Shown here: one piece after another, positions 59,989-64,000 of the stretch
Position numbering within the stretch: the first letter of the stretch is position 1
Layout of the letters: the number at the start of each line of letters is the position of its first letter
Assembly: GCA_038087875.1 (NCBI GenBank)
Contig: CM075997.1
Coordinates: 8,620,001-8,684,000, forward strand
DNA from: Malacoraja senta
Lineage: Eukaryota
Reading direction: 5' to 3'
DNA length: 64,000 bases
Notes under the pieces: generated by a model
What the model saw: only the letters and a program-made list of their open reading frames with translations
The model's database searches: none
Told to the model about the DNA's origin: nothing
Program-made: the position numbers and the translations under genes

Positions 59989-62900
59989 CATAGAAACTTA
60001 GAAAATAGGTGCAGGAGTAGGCCATTCGGCCCTTCGAGCCTGCACCGCCATTCGATATGATCATGGCTGATCATCCAACTCAGTATCCCATCCCTGCCTT
60101 CTCTCCATACCCCCTGATCCCTTTAGCCACAAGGGCCACATCTAACTCCCTCTTAAATATAGCCAATGAACTGGCATCAACTACCTTCTGTGGCAGAGAA
60201 TTCCACAGATTCACCACTCTCTGTGTAAAAAATGATTTTCTCATCTCGGTCCTAAAATACTTCCCTCTTATCCTTAAACTGTGACCCCTAGTTCTGGACT
60301 TCCCCAACATCGGGAATAATCCTCCTGCATCTAGCCTGTACAACCCCTTAAGAATTTTGTAAATTTCTATAAGATCCCCCCTCAATCTTCTAAATTCTAG
60401 CGTGTACAAGCCGAGTCTATCCAGTCTTTCTTCATATGAAAGTCATGCCATCCTAGGAATCAGTCTGGTGAACCTTCTCTGTACTCCCTCTATGGCAAGA
60501 ATGTCTTTCCTCAGATTAGGAGACCAAAACTGTATGCAATACTCCAGGTGTGGTCTCACCAAGACCCTGTACAACTGCAGTCGAACCTCCCTGCTCTTAT
60601 ACTCAAATCCTTTTGCTATGAATGCTAACATACCATTTGCTTTATTCATTGCCTGCTGCACCTGCATGCCTACTTTCAATGACTGGTGTACCATGACACC
60701 CAGGTCTCGTTGCATCTCCCCTTTTCCTAATCGGCCACCATTCAGATAATAGTCTACTTTCCTGTTTTTGCCACCAAAGTGGATAACCTCACATTTATCC
60801 ACATTATACTGCATCTGCCATGCATTTGCCCACTCACCCAACCTATCCAAGTCACCTAGCAGCCTCCTAGCATCCTCCTCACAGTTAACACTGCCCCCCA
60901 GCTTCGTATCATCTGCAAACTTGGAGATGTTGCATTCAATTCCCTCATCCAGTTCATTAATATATATTGTAAATAGCTGGGGTCCCAGCACTGAGCCTTG
61001 CGGTACCCCACTAGTCACTGCCTGCCATTCTGAAAAGGACCCGTTTACTCCTACTCTTTGCTTCCTGTCTGCCAGCCAGTTCTCTATCCACATCAATACT
61101 GAACCCCCAATACCGTGTGCTTTAAGTTTGCATACTAATCTCTTATGTGGGACCTTGTCGAAAGCCTCGAGAAAGTCCACTGGTTCTCCCTTATCCACTC
61201 TACTAGTTACATCCTCGAAAAATTCTATAAGATTCGTCAGACATGATTTACCTTTCATAAATCCATGCTGACTTTGTCCAATGAATTCACCACTTTCCAA
61301 ATGTGCTGCTATCCCATCTTTAATAACTGACTCCAGAATTTTCCCCACCACCGATGTTAGACTAACTGGTCTGTAATTACCCGTTTTCTCTCTCCCTCCC
61401 TTTTTAAAAAGCGGGGTTACATTAGCTACCCTCCAGTCCTCAGGAACTACTCCAGAATCTAAAGAGTTTTGAAAAATTATCACTAATGCATCCACTATTT
61501 CTGCAGCTACTTCCTTAAGTACTCTGGGATGCAACTTATCTGGCCCTGGGGATTTATCGGCCTTTAATCCATTTAATTTACCTAGCACCACTTCCCGGCT
61601 AACCTGGATTTCACTCAGTTCCTCCATCTCATTTAACCCCCGGTCCCTTGCTATTTCGGGCAAATTATTTATGTCTTCCTTAGTGAAGACAGAACCAAAG
61701 TAGTTATTCAATTGGTCTGCCATGTCCTTGTTCCCCATGATCAATTCGCCTGTTTCTGACTGCAAGGGACCTACATTTGTTTTAACTAATCTTTTCCTCT
61801 TCACATATCTATAAAAACTTTTGCAGTCAGTTTTTATGTTCCCTGCCAATTTTCTTTCATAATCTATTTTCCCTTTCCTAATTAAGCCTTTTGTCCTCCT
61901 CTGCTGGACTCTGAATTTGTCCCAGTCCTCTGGTAGGCTGCTTTTTCTGGCTAATTTGTACGCTTCATCTTTTGTTTTGATACTATCCCTGATTTCCCTT
62001 GTTATCCACGCATGCACTACCTTCCCTGATTTATTCTTTTGCCAAACTGGGATGAACAATTGTTGTAGTTCATCCATGCAGTTTTTAAATGCCTTCCATT
62101 GTATATCCACCGTCAACCCTTTAAGAATCATTTGCCAGTCTATCTTGGCCAATTCACGTCTCATAACCTCAAAGTCACCTTTCTTTAAGTTCAGGACCCT
62201 TGTTTCTGAATTAACAATGTCACTCTCCATCCTAATGAAGAACACAACCATATTATGGTCACTCTTGCCCAAGGGGCCATACACAACAAGACTGCTAACT
62301 AACCCTTCCTCATTACTCAATACCCAGTCTAGAATAGCTTGCTCTCTCGTTGGTTCCTCTACATGTTGGTTTAGAAAACTATCCCGCATACATTCCAAGA
62401 AATCCTCTTCCTCAGCACCCCTGCCAATTTGATTCACCCAATCTATATGTAGATTGAAGTCACCCATTATAATTGTTTTACCATTGTTGCACGCATTTCT
62501 AATTTCCTGTTTGATGCCATCCCCAACTCCACTACTACTGTTAGGTGGCCTGTACACAACTCCCACTAGCGTTTTCTGCCCCTTAGTATTTCGCAGCTCT
62601 ACCCATATCGATTCCACATCCTCCAAGCTAATGTCCTTCCTTTCTATTGCATTAATCTCCTCCCTAACCAGCAACGCTACCCCGCCTCCTTTTCCTTTCT
62701 GTCTATCCCTCCTGAATATTGAATATCCCTGGATGTTCAGCTCCCAGCCTTGGTCACCCTGGAGCCATGTCTCCGTGATCCCAACTATATCATATTCATT
62801 AATAACTATCTGCACATTCAACTCATCCACCTTATTACGAATGCTCCTTGCATTAAGATACAAAGCCTTCAGGCTTGTTATTACAACACTCTTACCCCTT

Positions 62901-63073
62901 ATACAATTATGTTGAAATGTGGCCCTTTTTGATTTTTGCCCTGGATTTGTCTGCCTGCCACTTTTACTTTTCACCTTGCTACCTATTGCTTCTACCCTCA
63001 TTTTACACCCCTCTGCCTCTCTGCTCTTGCACCCATCCCCCTGCCACATTAGTTTAAATCCTCCCCGACAGCA
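59989..63073 (-). mobile_element. Young 5'-truncated CR1 subfamily B covering all of ORF2
   Basis: 868-aa frame plus 3' UTR and tail. Confidence 0.95.
60443..63049 (-). pseudogene. CR1 ORF2p (APE endonuclease plus reverse transcriptase), near-intact but disabled
   Basis: Complete EN and FADD motif; short in-frame deletion at VLYLDFQK and premature TGA after IPRMA. Confidence 0.9.
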
Positions 63074-63495
63074 TTACAATTACAATTAGGTAATTAATTA
63101 ATTATATGCTTAATTTCAGGTCATCCAAGTAAGATGTTTTATATTTGTTTCAGAATGCTTCAATCTATAATAACTGAAAATGTCTATCAGTTCTCTTGAT
63201 TTTTAAGAAAGTTATGGGCTTTTGACTGTCCTCGATCACAGCTTTTGTATTAAGTCAATGGAAAAGCAATGCTAATTTCCAAGTATGAAAATGGCCATAA
63301 CTGTTTTAATACTTGAGATATGAAAGTGTCAAAGGTGTCAAATTAAACTTCTTTTTATGCTTTATCTGATGGGATAAATTGCAGACTTGATTTTTAAAAT
63401 ATCAACATTTTGTAACATTGCTACCAAGAGCCAAATCTAACTTGAAAATCTAGTCTTGAAAACATCCAGTGAATAAGCGAGTTCAGTATTCTGAC

Positions 63496-63530
63496 TGCGC
63501 ATGCCCAGGTCATAGGTCACTTGCTATAAA
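63496..63530 (+). promoter_or_regulatory. NRF1-like / DR1 / TATA module, third copy
   Basis: TGCGCATGC, AGGTCA-T-AGGTCA, TATAAA; CpG-rich tract to the window end, paralogous to 41730-42255. Confidence 0.5.
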
Positions 63531-64000
63531 CACTCTCGGCAGCTGTGCTGCGTTTCGTCCGTGGTCGGGGTCGGGTTTCTGGGCGCTGTTGAGTTGCTGC
63601 TGGGCCTTCCCCGCCCCTCCCGGGTGTCCCATCCCTGTCCGGGGTAGCTCTGGGCTGGCGGGGCAGTGGCGGCCCGGACTTGCAGCCGGCGCGGAGGGGC
63701 GCTGGCTCTGGCTCGGCTCTGCTCCAGCTCCAGCTCCCAGGGGGCCGATTCCTCAGCGGGTCGGGGACCATCGGATGCGCCTCTCGCCTTGTCCAGTGGC
63801 TGTCGGTTGGCCACCTCGGTGCCGGCGGGAGCCGAGCGCCGGTCATGCACACGGGGTGCTGCAGTGGCTCAGCGGGTCAAGCAACATCTCTGGAGATGGG
63901 TCTAGACCTGAAACGTCACCCATTCCTTTTCTCTGGGGATGCTGCCTGTCCCGCTGAGCTGCTGCAACATTTTGTGTGCCTCCGTTGATGGCTGGTGCTT

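Larger units (their letters stand above)
58603..63423. mobile_element. hAT-like non-autonomous DNA transposon with a CR1 nested inside
   Basis: TIR TAGCGATGTTACAAAA / TTTTGTAACATTGCTA (15/16); 7-bp TSD CCAAGAG (58596-58602, 63424-63430); empty site in paralogues at ~41635 and ~47862. Confidence 0.85.

Noticed and set aside
60768..62915. Recurrent ORFs such as ..[17 protein letters not shown].. opposite CR1 copies
   Set aside because: Antisense frames of CR1 ORF2; recurrence reflects copy number, with no independent evidence of a gene
1..64000. tRNA, rRNA, snRNA genes or prokaryotic RT systems (retron, DGR, group II intron)
   Set aside because: None recognised by eye; all RT pieces have LINE-type motifs and tails

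Overview
Eukaryotic, vertebrate, repeat-dominated DNA with no prokaryotic features. The repeat repertoire suggests a cartilaginous fish such as a skate or ray (inference). Most of the window is nested, decayed retroelements: several CR1 LINE subfamilies (one full-length copy with an esterase ORF1, one with an 868-aa near-intact ORF2), fragments of Rex1/Babar, L2, L1, RTE-X and a Crack/Daphne-like LINE, and many Penelope-like (PLE) pLTR derivatives carrying hammerhead-ribozyme-like cores. DNA transposons are also present: a P-superfamily-like non-autonomous family (CAAAGATCCTATAG termini, 8-bp TSDs, 3 copies), an ISL2EU-like element with a THAP start in both arms, a hAT-like element with a 7-bp TSD, and a possible Helitron end. 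The host-derived content is a small birth-and-death cluster of effector-less tandem C2H2 zinc-finger genes on the minus strand: one 431-aa ORF, one prematurely stopped copy, and two stubs inside a ~6.5-kb tandem duplication. They share a CRE/CCAAT/E-box promoter motif, and three lie back-to-back with an NRF1-like/DR1/TATA module. Nothing here proves a new biological system. The best candidates for follow-up are the ZNF cassette, the triple-nested P/ISL2EU/PLE element, and the PLE hammerhead motifs. All family assignments come from motif recognition, not database searches. Boundaries without a TSD are approximate.
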